DNA of 64,000 nt, from assembly GCA_934699585.1 (NCBI GenBank), contig CAKUWY010000006.1, positions 44,797-108,796 on the forward strand, read 5' to 3'. The notes below the pieces were generated by a model. The model was not told the origin of the DNA and made no database searches. It saw nothing but the letters and a program-made list of their open reading frames with translations. Shown one piece after another: positions 26,656 through 35,533 of this stretch. Every line of letters begins with the position of its first letter. The first letter of the stretch is position 1. Source of the stretch: an uncultured Fibrobacter sp. (GTDB lineage Bacteria; Fibrobacterota; Fibrobacteria; Fibrobacterales; Fibrobacteraceae). The translations under genes and the position numbers were made by a program.

Positions 26656-26771
26656 GGGCTAGAGATTAGAGGAAATTATCATGGCTTCGCCATCTGCTCC
26701 AGACGCACGAAGTGCGTGATTATACTCACTAGATCCTAGTCTCTAATCTCTAGTCTCTAATCTCTAAAACC
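26639..26771. repeat. Composite palindromic spacer: heptad stop array, two tetraloop hairpins, inverted heptad array
   Basis: Left arm TAGGGGC TAGGATT TAGGGGC TAGAGAT TAGAGGA (26639-26673). Inner hairpins atggc-ttc-gccat and gcac-gaag-tgcg. Right arm TAGATCC TAGTCTC TAATCTC TAGTCTC TAATCTC TAAAACC (26730-26771). The stop codons of both convergent genes lie inside the arms. Confidence 0.8.
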
Positions 26772-27177
26772 CCAATACCGCTTCGGAAATCTCGTTGGCC
26801 TCGTCGGAGTAGTCATCGGTGCGGTCGGGAATGAACTCGCCCCAGCCTTCGCTGACGCCGCAGCCCACGCCTACCTCTACGGTGGACCACTTGAATACGG
26901 CAAACACCTTCGGGAACATTTCCAACAGGCCGTCCAGAACGTCTTCGGGCGGTTCGTCTTCCACCAGCATGTTGCCGTCCATGGCCAAGAGCTCCGTCTC
27001 GGGCAATTCCTCGAACCGGCATTCGTATTCATCAGACACGATGGGGTCCACAGAATACCAATCTCCCGAATCTTCGCTAGGGAGTTCCGCCTCCGGGAAT
27101 TTTTCCATAAAGGCCTGCCACAGAAGGGCAAGGTCTGCCCCCTCGCCAATAAACCGGACTAAAACGCGACAATCCAT
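26764..27177 (-). CDS. Hypothetical acidic protein
   Basis: 137-aa ORF, very Asp/Glu-rich. No family recognised. Confidence 0.4.
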   Translation of the reverse strand: MDCRVLVRFIGEGADLALLWQAFMEKFPEAELPSEDSGDWYSVDPIVSDEYECRFEELPETELLAMDGNMLVEDEPPEDVLDGLLEMFPKVFAVFKWSTVEVGVGCGVSEGWGEFIPDRTDDYSDEANEISEAVLGF

Positions 27178-27451
27178 TTCACCCTCCTTACCTAATAATC
27201 AGAATATAAATAAAGGCCACCTCAAAAAATTGCTTTGAATGTAAAAAATCATATAAAGCGAGAGTTATGGGCACATTTATGCGGCCATAACCGAGCTGAA
27301 TGATTTGGATTGAAAATCCAAATTTGAGCGAAACCGAGCGCAGGCAGGAACGAAAAGTGGTGAATACTGGAGGTCTTTACCACTTTGAGTGACGAAACTG
27401 CGCGATGTGTTGCAGCCAAATTTTTGAAAATGAATTTTTTGAGGGGGCCGG

Positions 27452-27484
27452 ATAAAAAAAACCGGTTCCGAAAACGAAACCGGC
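27452..27484 (-). terminator. Intrinsic terminator downstream of tRNA-Lys
   Basis: The minus strand reads ccggtttcg-tttt-cggaaccgg followed by TTTTTTTT. Confidence 0.7.
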
Positions 27485-27491
27485 TTTTCAC

Positions 27492-27564
27492 TGAGCTACG
27501 AAGGGCTCGAACCTTCGACCCACGCCTTAAAAGGGCGTTGCTCTACCAACTGAGCTAGTAGCCC
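27492..27564 (-). tRNA. tRNA-Lys (anticodon UUU)
   Basis: The 73-nt minus-strand sequence GGGCTAC-TA-GCTC-AGTTGGTA-GAGC-A-ACGCC-CTTTTAA-GGCGT-GGGTC-GAAGG-TTCGAGC-CCTTC-GTAGCTC-A folds as a cloverleaf. The anticodon loop C-T-TTT-A-A gives TTT. CCA is not encoded. Confidence 0.9.
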
Positions 27565-27625
27565 GAGCGACCCAAATATAGAAACTTTTGCCTTTTTGTA
27601 AAGGCAAATTTTATAAATTTAGCCT

Positions 27626-28639
27626 ATGTTCAAGAAGATAAACTTCCAGCTGGCTGCGCTGGCTCTGCTTGCCGCCACGTTCGAGGCACAGGCCTACTTT
27701 TCGCAAGGCGATGCCGGTCAGGAAGTTTTCTCCTTCATGTCCACCTTCGACAGCCCCCGAAACGCGGCCCTTGAAAAATCCGCAGCGGCAGCCCCTTCTA
27801 CCGACCCGAGCATCGCCCAACTAAACCCTGCCGCTCTCCGGATGCCCGAAGGAAAGGAACGTACCGTCGGCATGCACTGGCAAACCGGCGAATTCTCCGA
27901 AAACCAGGGTTCCCTATACTACACCCGAGACTTCAAGCGATTCCTGTACCAGATTTCGTACAACTGGCTGGACTACGGAACTATCGAAGGCTATGACGAA
28001 TACGGCAACGAGACCGGCAAGGACTACAACCCCCTGAGCCAGCTGGTCACCGCCACGGTAGCATTTCCCATGAAGCATTTTCAGTTCGGCGCCACCCTCA
28101 AGTTCGCAAGCGACAGGCTGGCCGACGAAGAGGGTGACCGTACCGCCTTCGGGGCGGCCTTCGATTGGGGTATTTCCTGGCAATCCAAAAACAAGCTGTG
28201 GGGACTGGCACTTGTGGCCAGGGATTTTGGCGGTCTGCTCAGAGACTACGTAGATGACGGCGAAGACGAATACTACCCCATGGGGCAAGTGTTCGCCCTT
28301 TCCGGATTCATGCGTATGAAAAGCCTCCCGAAGCTGACAGTCTTTGGCGAAACGAATTTTCCGCGGTATGCAGAGCCTCGCCTGAATATCGGCGCCGAGT
28401 ACCTGCTGGGCAAGTACTTCGCCATACGGGGCGGTTTCACCCGGACATGGCTGGACCTGAAACGGGACGCCCTGGAGCTGATTCAAGACCGGAGCAGGCC
28501 CGACGAATCCAACGAGGCTCGCTTCTTGAGCCTGGGCCTCGGCTATAGCATGGGCTTGTTCTCCCTGGACTACAGCTTTTCTTACCTGGCCCAAGGACTC
28601 GGGATGGAACACCGGGCTGGCCTGCGGTTTAATTTCTAG
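27626..28639 (+). CDS. Outer-membrane beta-barrel protein, family uncertain
   Basis: Signal peptide MFKKINFQLAALALLAATFEAQA; C-terminal ..HRAGLRFNF (an OMP-type terminal Phe). Confidence 0.5.
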   Translation: MFKKINFQLAALALLAATFEAQAYFSQGDAGQEVFSFMSTFDSPRNAALEKSAAAAPSTDPSIAQLNPAALRMPEGKERTVGMHWQTGEFSENQGSLYYTRDFKRFLYQISYNWLDYGTIEGYDEYGNETGKDYNPLSQLVTATVAFPMKHFQFGATLKFASDRLADEEGDRTAFGAAFDWGISWQSKNKLWGLALVARDFGGLLRDYVDDGEDEYYPMGQVFALSGFMRMKSLPKLTVFGETNFPRYAEPRLNIGAEYLLGKYFAIRGGFTRTWLDLKRDALELIQDRSRPDESNEARFLSLGLGYSMGLFSLDYSFSYLAQGLGMEHRAGLRFNF

Positions 28640-28650
28640 GGCTAAACGCT

Positions 28651-29394
28651 ATGCGGCAGTTCGACGTTTTTGTCTGGAGTTCGCCTGACAATAGCGACCC
28701 GCAGCCGCCCTTCACCGACCCGGCTCTGGGCTGGTTCTTTACGGACAGTTTCAACGAAAGGCTGAACGAAAGCGACGCGGAATGGATCGTCTTTGCAAAC
28801 CGTTCCGTAAAAATCGACAGAGAATTCCTGAACAGCCTGGCCGAAAACATCTCCGCATTTCCCATGGTAGATGCTTTCGCCCCGAGACTTCGATACGCCT
28901 CCATAGAAGACGGCGACAAGAAGTCCGCAAAATTCGTCGGTGGGTTCAAGCTTCACAAGTCCAAGGGAATCGAGACTATCGAAGAGGATGCACCCCTGCG
29001 ATATGTGGCAAGCCCAAGACCCGAAATTGCGGTCTTTTCCAGGCGGATAGTCCAGCGGACCGGGGCCTTCGATGCAAGCCTGCCTATTCCGGCGCAGATT
29101 CTCGACTATGCCCTGAGGATGTACCACGCCGGCGGCATGTGCTTTTCCGTCCCCTACCTGGTAGCCGGGCTGCAAGGAATCCCGATGGATTTTTCCAGCG
29201 AAAACAAGGAAAGCCTCCCCCACATCGCCTATGCCCTTTCCAAGTCCCTCGGAATCAAGACCGCACGCTTTGTGACGGCCCACCCGTCGGTCATCGCGCA
29301 CCTCTGGAAAAACCGCAAAGGCCTACGGGAAAAACGGGACAAGGCCATACTCTTGAGCAAGCTTGCGCCGGAAACTTTACAGGAACTGTATTAA
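28651..29394 (+). CDS. Glycosyltransferase family 2-like protein (tentative)
   Basis: 247 aa. ..AEWIVFANRSVKIDREFLNSL..PMVDAFAPRL.. resembles the GT2 N-terminal half. Weak. Confidence 0.4.
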   Translation: MRQFDVFVWSSPDNSDPQPPFTDPALGWFFTDSFNERLNESDAEWIVFANRSVKIDREFLNSLAENISAFPMVDAFAPRLRYASIEDGDKKSAKFVGGFKLHKSKGIETIEEDAPLRYVASPRPEIAVFSRRIVQRTGAFDASLPIPAQILDYALRMYHAGGMCFSVPYLVAGLQGIPMDFSSENKESLPHIAYALSKSLGIKTARFVTAHPSVIAHLWKNRKGLREKRDKAILLSKLAPETLQELY

Positions 29395-29404
29395 TCCGGA
29401 AAAA

Positions 29405-29585
29405 CATCCAGCGGATGCCCCAACAAGTGGGGCATGACGACGAAAGATCCTCATCCAGCGGATGCCCCAACAAGTGGGGCATGACGAAGAATCCATATCC
29501 AGCGGATGCCCCAACAAGTGGGGCATGACGACGAAGGATCCACATCCAGCGGATGCCCCATCAAGTGGGGCATAACGATGATGGA
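29405..29585 (-). repeat. Tandem array of four REP-like hairpin units (period about 45-47 nt)
   Basis: Four units of CATCCAGCGGATGCCCCAacaagTGGGGCATGACGA plus a 9-11-nt linker. The last copy is diverged (..ccccatcaagtggggcataacga..). Lies between convergent genes. Confidence 0.85.
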
Positions 29586-29618
29586 AATAACGACGGGGAT
29601 TCCCGTCGCTAAAAGGAC

Positions 29619-30845
29619 TTACACCTTCTTGAAAATGAGGGACGTGTTGATTCCGCCGAAGGCGAAGTTGTTGCTCATCACGTATTCCACATCCATCTCG
29701 CGACCGTCACCGACGATATAGTCCAGCGGGGCGCATTCGGGGTCCACGTTTTTCAGGTTCAGGTTCGGGCTGAACCAGCCCCGGTTCATCATGTGGATAG
29801 ACGTCCAGGCCTCGATGCCACCACAGGCACCCAGGGTGTGACCGATGTAGCTCTTGAGGCTGCTGATGGGAGCGCTACGGCCCTTCAGGGCGTTGTAGGT
29901 GGCCCAGGTCTCGGCACGGTCGCCATGCTTGGTAGCGGTTCCGTGGCCGTTCACGTAGCCGATGGCATCGGGGCTGAGTCCCGCGTCTTCAAGAGCCAGT
30001 TCCAGAGCCCGCTGCATGGTTTCTTGCTTGGGCTGGGTCAGGTGGTCACCGTCGGTATTGTTACCGAAGCCCACCAGTTCCGCATAAATTTTTGCACCGC
30101 GGGCACGGGCATGCTCGTATTCTTCCAGAATCAAGGTGCCGCTTCCTTCGCCAATGACCAAACCATCGCGGTCCCGGTCGTAACTTGCAGGCGTAAGCTT
30201 CGGCGTGTCGTTCTTGACGGAGGTTGCAAAAAGCGTATCGAAAACGGCAGATTCCGTTGGGTCCAGTTCGTCGGCACCGCCTGCCACCATGGCGTCCTGT
30301 TTACCATACTTGATGGCCTCGTAGGCATTACCGATGGCAAGGCTCCCGGAAGTGCAGGCCGTGTTGGTAGTAATCATGCGACCCGTAAGCCCAAAGGTCA
30401 CGCCGATGTTCACGGCACAGGTCTGGGGCATGGACTTGATATAGGTAGTGGCCGTAATCTTGGAACTGTCGTTAGTGACGATCATGGAGAAGAAATCCAC
30501 CAAGGGCATCACGGAACCCATAGAAGACCCGTAGGCCACACCGACACGGCCGGAATGCAAGAATTCCTGATCTTCCAAGAGACCAGAGCATTCCAGTGCC
30601 TTCTGGGCGCCTACCGTAGCCAGCAGGGCCACACGACCCATACCGCGAATCTTACGGCGAGGCATTTCAGGAAACTGGTAGTTCACCGGGACCGCCAGAC
30701 GGGTATTCATCTGCACGTACTTGTCCCATTCGTCCATGCGGACTACCTTGTTCTCCAACTTTTTCAGGCTGTCGAAAATTTCGTCCATCTCGGACCCCAA
30801 GGCCGAAATGCAGGAACCTCCGGTAACAACAACCCTACGGGTCAT
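29619..30845 (-). CDS. Beta-ketoacyl-ACP synthase (FabF/FabB family)
   Basis: Active-site Cys ..NTACTSGSLAIG..; His motifs ..NGHGTATKHGD.. and ..SYIGHTLGACGGIE..; C-terminal ..NNFAFGGINTSLIFKK. Confidence 0.85.
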   Translation of the reverse strand: MTRRVVVTGGSCISALGSEMDEIFDSLKKLENKVVRMDEWDKYVQMNTRLAVPVNYQFPEMPRRKIRGMGRVALLATVGAQKALECSGLLEDQEFLHSGRVGVAYGSSMGSVMPLVDFFSMIVTNDSSKITATTYIKSMPQTCAVNIGVTFGLTGRMITTNTACTSGSLAIGNAYEAIKYGKQDAMVAGGADELDPTESAVFDTLFATSVKNDTPKLTPASYDRDRDGLVIGEGSGTLILEEYEHARARGAKIYAELVGFGNNTDGDHLTQPKQETMQRALELALEDAGLSPDAIGYVNGHGTATKHGDRAETWATYNALKGRSAPISSLKSYIGHTLGACGGIEAWTSIHMMNRGWFSPNLNLKNVDPECAPLDYIVGDGREMDVEYVMSNNFAFGGINTSLIFKKV

Positions 30846-31570
30846 GCGAGACCTCCGTTTACAGAAATCACCTGGCGAGTGATGTAGGCGGCCCCTTCCG
30901 AAAGCAGGAACACCGCCGTGGCGGCTACTTCACTGGGCTTGCCCACCCGCTTCATGGGAACAGCCTGCAGGATAATGTCCAGGGGAGCGTCCTTGATCAT
31001 TTCGGTTTCGATAACGCCCGGTGCGATGCTGTTCACCGTGATGTTACGACTGGCAAGTTCTGTGGCCAGAGCCTTGGTAGCCCCGATAATGCCGGCCTTT
31101 GACGCACTGTAGTTCACCTGGCCCCGGTTACCGATAACACCGGAAACCGAAGAGATGGTGATGATGCGGCCAATGCGCTTACGGCACATGGGCATCACCA
31201 GAGGTTGAACCACATTGTAAAAACCGCCTAGGTTGGTGTTCACCACCTTGTCCCAGGAATCCCCGCTCATGCCAGCAAAGGTCATGTCGGCGCAAACGCC
31301 TGCATTAAGAATCAGACCGTAATAAGTTCCGTTTTCCTCGATATCTTTGGTCAATACTTCCCGGCACTGATCGCGGTCGGAAATGTCAAGCTGAAGCCCA
31401 CGGATTTCTCCACCGGCAGCCTGGACCCTTTGTATAAGTTCATCGACCCTGGTCTTGCCCCTGTTGTAGCCCGCAACAACGGCATAACCCGCCTGGGCAA
31501 CGGCTTCTGCTATGGCAGAACCAATTCCGCCACTGGCACCGGTCACGAGAACCTGTTTCTTATCGCTCAT
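30842..31570 (-). CDS. 3-oxoacyl-ACP reductase (SDR, FabG-like)
   Basis: MSDKKQVLVTGASGGIGSAIA.., ..NAG.., and the YSASKAG catalytic motif. Overlaps the downstream KS by 4 nt. Start ATG 31570; the track ORF extends to 31591. Confidence 0.85.
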   Translation of the reverse strand: MSDKKQVLVTGASGGIGSAIAEAVAQAGYAVVAGYNRGKTRVDELIQRVQAAGGEIRGLQLDISDRDQCREVLTKDIEENGTYYGLILNAGVCADMTFAGMSGDSWDKVVNTNLGGFYNVVQPLVMPMCRKRIGRIITISSVSGVIGNRGQVNYSASKAGIIGATKALATELASRNITVNSIAPGVIETEMIKDAPLDIILQAVPMKRVGKPSEVAATAVFLLSEGAAYITRQVISVNGGLA

Positions 31571-33968
31571 GGACACTCCTAAGCATTTCAATTATTCCAC
31601 GCCAATTATAGAAAAAAGGTCTGGACCCCGCAAACGGAGACAGGATAAAATTGAAAAGAATTCCCAAGAACACGGACAGGCCAAAAGTAGAAACCGGCAA
31701 AAATCCGCTGAAAGAAAGGCTCCCGAAAGAGAGGATGGTGGTCAGGGCCGATAGCGCGATGGCAAGAACCGTCACAGCGCTCCCGCGCCCTTCCTTGAAA
31801 AACAGGGAGTAATCGATGCCTATACCGAGGGTAAGAATAATTCCCACCGTAGCAAAGAAATTGAAAGGTACACCCAGATAGCCGAACAGCGCCACCGCAA
31901 GGCACGAGGCGCATACTGGAATTCGCATAATGGAAAACGCCCCGGAGAATCCGTAGAAAAAAAACAGCACCGCAAACACCAGCACAAAGGCTAGCCCCAC
32001 TAGGGCCAGGGCCGTCAAGGAAAGCCTTGTGAGGTTCTCGTTAATCTGGTTTACCTTGTCCATAAAGTAAATCTCGTCACCTGCAAGGCCAGAAAGCTTA
32101 GAAGCATCGTGAACATGGAGCGGCATCACCACGCTGTAGTAGGAATCGCCTATGTGGCCAATCCAGAGGCTGTTCAGAAGTTTCTCGAAGTTGGCGGGCA
32201 ACTTGCTTTCGGGATCAAGAACTTTCAGCCCTTGGGCCATCGAGGCTCGGAAAGCCGAATCGGACTGGAGTCTAAGTTCCCTGTGCATCTCAGCGACAGT
32301 CAGGGAATCCATGGCCCGCGAAAGAATCTCGAAATTTTCCTGCTGAACGGAACGGGGCGGAACGAACCTGCTAATGGCAAGGTAGTTTTGCAGCACGCCG
32401 TCGGTACGCTCCCGCTCCAAGCGCTTGCAGAAGGCGTGTTCCCGCTCCAGCACCTCCTGGACAGAACCGCCCTTCACCAAGAAGTAACTGCCCGAAGAGC
32501 CGAAATCCAGAAGTTCCATGGAAAGCTTTTCCTGGGCAAGGCGCTCAGACGACATGGTATAGAGGGACTTGAGGTCCGTGCCCCACTGCACACGGTAAAC
32601 ACCCACCGCAGCCCCCGCAACAATTACCGCAACCACCGCAAACGACGCCCACTTTTTCGTCTTGAACACCCCAAACCCTTTTCCGTAACAACCCAAGGCC
32701 TTCGAAACCGTTCCAAGGGCAAAAACCGCAGGAGCACGGGTCCTTGCGGCAGGCAGGGCCGCAAACAAAAGGGTAATGGTCAAGAAGGAGCTTGCAAGGC
32801 CCGCCATGGAAAAAACCGCCATCTGCCGGAGCAGCGGGAAGGGAGCGAAGGTGAGAGCCAGGTACGAAAGTTCCGTGGTCATGAATCCCAGGACAAGTCC
32901 CTTGAAAATCAGGCCACGTACACCGCCACCGTCCAGCCGTTCTTCCCGGATTTTCCAGCCTGTAAAGAAATGGATGGCGTAGTCGATGCTCACGCCGATG
33001 ACGCTGGTCCCGAACACGAAGGTGAAAATATGGATAGAACCGAAAAGCGTCCAGGAGACCGACAGGGCCGAAACGATGGCGACACCGATGGAAAAAAGCG
33101 TCAGCGCCAGGGGTACGGCAGACCTGTAGGTGGAAAGGATCAGCAACAGGAGCAACACGATGGACACGCCCGAAATCACGGTCACTTCCAGTTGCGCCCG
33201 GGAAGAACTTTCGTAACTGTGGAAAGGCACTCCTGTGGTTGCCACCACCAGGGCGGAATCCGCCGCTTTCAGTTCCGAAATCTTCTGTTCAATAATCTGG
33301 AGGGCGCTACCGTCGCCACCAAAGGTAGAGGCATTCGGCGCAAGACTTGCGGTCCACATGACGTAGGTCCGTAGAGAATCCCGCAGCACAAGACGCTCAT
33401 CCCGGAGTTCCACGTTCTTGCTCATGAAGGAGAGATTTCCCAGAACATCCTCGAAGGCCTGGGCCGAAAGCAAGAAGGGGTCTTCGTCCAGGTTCTCGAG
33501 GCTTGCCATGGAAAAGCCACCGTAGATTTTTTCCAGGGCGTTCTGCTTCAAGAAGGCCCCGCCACCCTGGCGAACGCGGTCCATAAACGCTTCGCTCTGC
33601 AATGCATAGCGGTATTCCCTCGCGAAGGCGCGAGCCTCGTCCATAGAACTGTCCGACACCAGGTAGCTTACCTTTTCCAGCTGGCCATTCCCGCGTAGCG
33701 CCCGGTCGAATTCGTCTGCCGCCGCCTTCGCCTTTTCGAAATCGCTATGGCCCACAAGCACCGTCATCTGGCCCATGGTCCTGCGGGAAAGCTCGGCATC
33801 GGCATCACCCAAACCCGCCGACACCTGCGAAGGCGGCAAAACGGAGAAAAGGTTTGAATCGATTTTCCAGGGGCTAGCGTTCAAGCCCAGCGCGATGATG
33901 GCGACATGCAAGATTCCCCAGAGGAGAATCCCCCACTTGTTCATCCGTTTTTTTTCGGGCTTATCCAT
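31560..33968 (-). CDS. MMPL/RND-superfamily membrane exporter
   Basis: 802 aa with two blocks of about six TM helices separated by large loops, as in MMPL/HpnN/ApeM-type exporters. Overlaps the fabG-like start. Confidence 0.7.
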   Translation of the reverse strand: MDKPEKKRMNKWGILLWGILHVAIIALGLNASPWKIDSNLFSVLPPSQVSAGLGDADAELSRRTMGQMTVLVGHSDFEKAKAAADEFDRALRGNGQLEKVSYLVSDSSMDEARAFAREYRYALQSEAFMDRVRQGGGAFLKQNALEKIYGGFSMASLENLDEDPFLLSAQAFEDVLGNLSFMSKNVELRDERLVLRDSLRTYVMWTASLAPNASTFGGDGSALQIIEQKISELKAADSALVVATTGVPFHSYESSSRAQLEVTVISGVSIVLLLLLILSTYRSAVPLALTLFSIGVAIVSALSVSWTLFGSIHIFTFVFGTSVIGVSIDYAIHFFTGWKIREERLDGGGVRGLIFKGLVLGFMTTELSYLALTFAPFPLLRQMAVFSMAGLASSFLTITLLFAALPAARTRAPAVFALGTVSKALGCYGKGFGVFKTKKWASFAVVAVIVAGAAVGVYRVQWGTDLKSLYTMSSERLAQEKLSMELLDFGSSGSYFLVKGGSVQEVLEREHAFCKRLERERTDGVLQNYLAISRFVPPRSVQQENFEILSRAMDSLTVAEMHRELRLQSDSAFRASMAQGLKVLDPESKLPANFEKLLNSLWIGHIGDSYYSVVMPLHVHDASKLSGLAGDEIYFMDKVNQINENLTRLSLTALALVGLAFVLVFAVLFFFYGFSGAFSIMRIPVCASCLAVALFGYLGVPFNFFATVGIILTLGIGIDYSLFFKEGRGSAVTVLAIALSALTTILSFGSLSFSGFLPVSTFGLSVFLGILFNFILSPFAGSRPFFYNWRGIIEMLRSVHER

Positions 33969-33986
33969 GAAACTCCGCAGGCTCCA

Positions 33987-34634
33987 TCAGCGCAACAGGG
34001 CGGATTCTTCGGGAGTGAGGGAGATGCCCCCTTCCACCTTGGAAAATTCGTAGAGGATGGGATTTCCGTCGCCGTCGGAGAGGGTCACCTTCTCCAGCCA
34101 CTTGTGGCCCGAGAGCACCACCGACGAAATCTGCTTCTTGATGACGCTTTCCTTGGGAACAAGGCCGATGGTCCAAAGCCCGTCCTTCCCAATCTCGAAG
34201 AAAATCTGGAATCGTTCTTCCAGCATTTTGCGGTTGCCCGAAAAAATCCCCTGGATGGTCTGGGAAACCTGGCCAAAGACCGCGTTGTCCTTCATGTTCA
34301 TCTGGGAAACCGCCCCGGAGGCATTTTTCTGGAGCATCTTGTCGCGGGTGATGGCGGTAAGGCTCGGAAAGGGTTTTTCCATGTTCCACAAGATGCCCAG
34401 GGTATCCGCGATGACGAAACTCCCCGTAGAGACAAAGTCCCGGTTGATTTTCTTGACAGTCCGCACCTGCCTGAAACTCCCCCGCAGGTATTTCTGCTGC
34501 TGCATGGCCGAAAGAACCTGGGCAAGTTCCTTGGAACGCTCAGCCGTCAGGGGACTTTCAAAGACATCGGCAAACGCCATGGACGACAGCGTCAAGCAGA
34601 GGAACATTGCCAAAAACAGTTTCATATGGCTCAA
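33987..34634 (-). CDS. LolA-like outer-membrane lipoprotein carrier family protein
   Basis: Signal peptide ..FLCLTLSSMAFA. ..YLRGSFRQVRTVKKINRDFVSTGSFVIADTLGILWNMEKPFP.. has a LolA-like pattern. Positioned directly upstream of the MMPL exporter. Confidence 0.55.
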   Translation of the reverse strand: MSHMKLFLAMFLCLTLSSMAFADVFESPLTAERSKELAQVLSAMQQQKYLRGSFRQVRTVKKINRDFVSTGSFVIADTLGILWNMEKPFPSLTAITRDKMLQKNASGAVSQMNMKDNAVFGQVSQTIQGIFSGNRKMLEERFQIFFEIGKDGLWTIGLVPKESVIKKQISSVVLSGHKWLEKVTLSDGDGNPILYEFSKVEGGISLTPEESALLR

Positions 34635-34687
34635 ATATAGCTTGTTTACCCAATTTTTTTTATCTTTCCGAATAGAAACGCTACATC

Positions 34688-35533
34688 GTGAGAGATATGA
34701 CTTTTTTCCAACGAATAGCCTACGCCTGGCGAACCTACGTAAAGCTACAGACCTTCTTCTTCTTCGGGATTGGTAGCCTTGTCCAAGCTTCCGTGGTGTT
34801 CCCTACCCTGTTTCTTTTTTCAGGTTTTTCGAGAAAACGATTCAGCCGCATGGCACGCTACGCCATCCACATCGGGCTCAAGATTCTCATCTGGCAGCTG
34901 GTGACCCTCAGAGGCTCCAAATTCAAGGTAGAACACCGGGAACGCCTCAAAAACCTCCATTCCAAAATCATCATCGCGAACCACCCGTCCCTACTGGACG
35001 TGGTCCTGCTATTTTCCATCATCCCCAACGCAGACTGCATCGTGAAAGGTGCTCTCGGCAAGAACCGCTTTGTCTCCGGAATCGTGAACTCCATCTACAT
35101 CCTGAATTCGGAATCCTTTGACCAACAGATGGCCGAAGTCAAGCGCACCACGGACCAGGGCAACAACCTCATCATCTTCCCCGAGGGTACCCGCTCCGAA
35201 CCGGGCAAGCCCTGGTTTTTCAAGAAGGGGGCGGCCAGGTTTGCCATCGGATGCAAGCGGGACATCGTGCCCATCTACTTTGGCGGGAACGAAATCATCG
35301 GATTACGCAAGCACGACAAGCTGGTAAGCTACCACCCCAGAGAACAGTACCATTTCTACCTGGACGTGCTGGAAACCATTTCCGTAGAACCCTACCTGGA
35401 AGGCCATCAGGGTGCACAGGTGGCGGCCCTCACCAAAGAGATGCAGCGCCGCCTGGAAGAACGCAGGGATTTGGACCCGGAATACCCTCAAAGACTTTTG
35501 GACCAGCAGGCTGAACTAAAGGACAAGGCATGA
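34688..35533 (+). CDS. Lysophospholipid (1-acyl-sn-glycerol-3-phosphate) acyltransferase family protein
   Basis: HX4D motif ..ANHPSLLDV.. and ..FPEGTRS... Divergent from the LolA-like gene (53-nt spacer). GTG 34688 or ATG 34697 is the start. Confidence 0.75.
   Translation: MRDMTFFQRIAYAWRTYVKLQTFFFFGIGSLVQASVVFPTLFLFSGFSRKRFSRMARYAIHIGLKILIWQLVTLRGSKFKVEHRERLKNLHSKIIIANHPSLLDVVLLFSIIPNADCIVKGALGKNRFVSGIVNSIYILNSESFDQQMAEVKRTTDQGNNLIIFPEGTRSEPGKPWFFKKGAARFAIGCKRDIVPIYFGGNEIIGLRKHDKLVSYHPREQYHFYLDVLETISVEPYLEGHQGAQVAALTKEMQRRLEERRDLDPEYPQRLLDQQAELKDKA

Noticed and set aside
27249-27491. 80-aa minus-strand ORF
   Set aside because: It starts immediately downstream of tRNA-Lys and runs straight through that tRNA's terminator, and its translation is basic and low-complexity. 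The region is more likely non-coding and structured.
29405-29585. Possible CRISPR array (four regularly spaced palindromic repeats)
   Set aside because: The 'spacers' are only 9-11 nt and resemble each other. The repeat belongs to the GTCAT-hairpin family found throughout the window. There are no cas genes and no leader.
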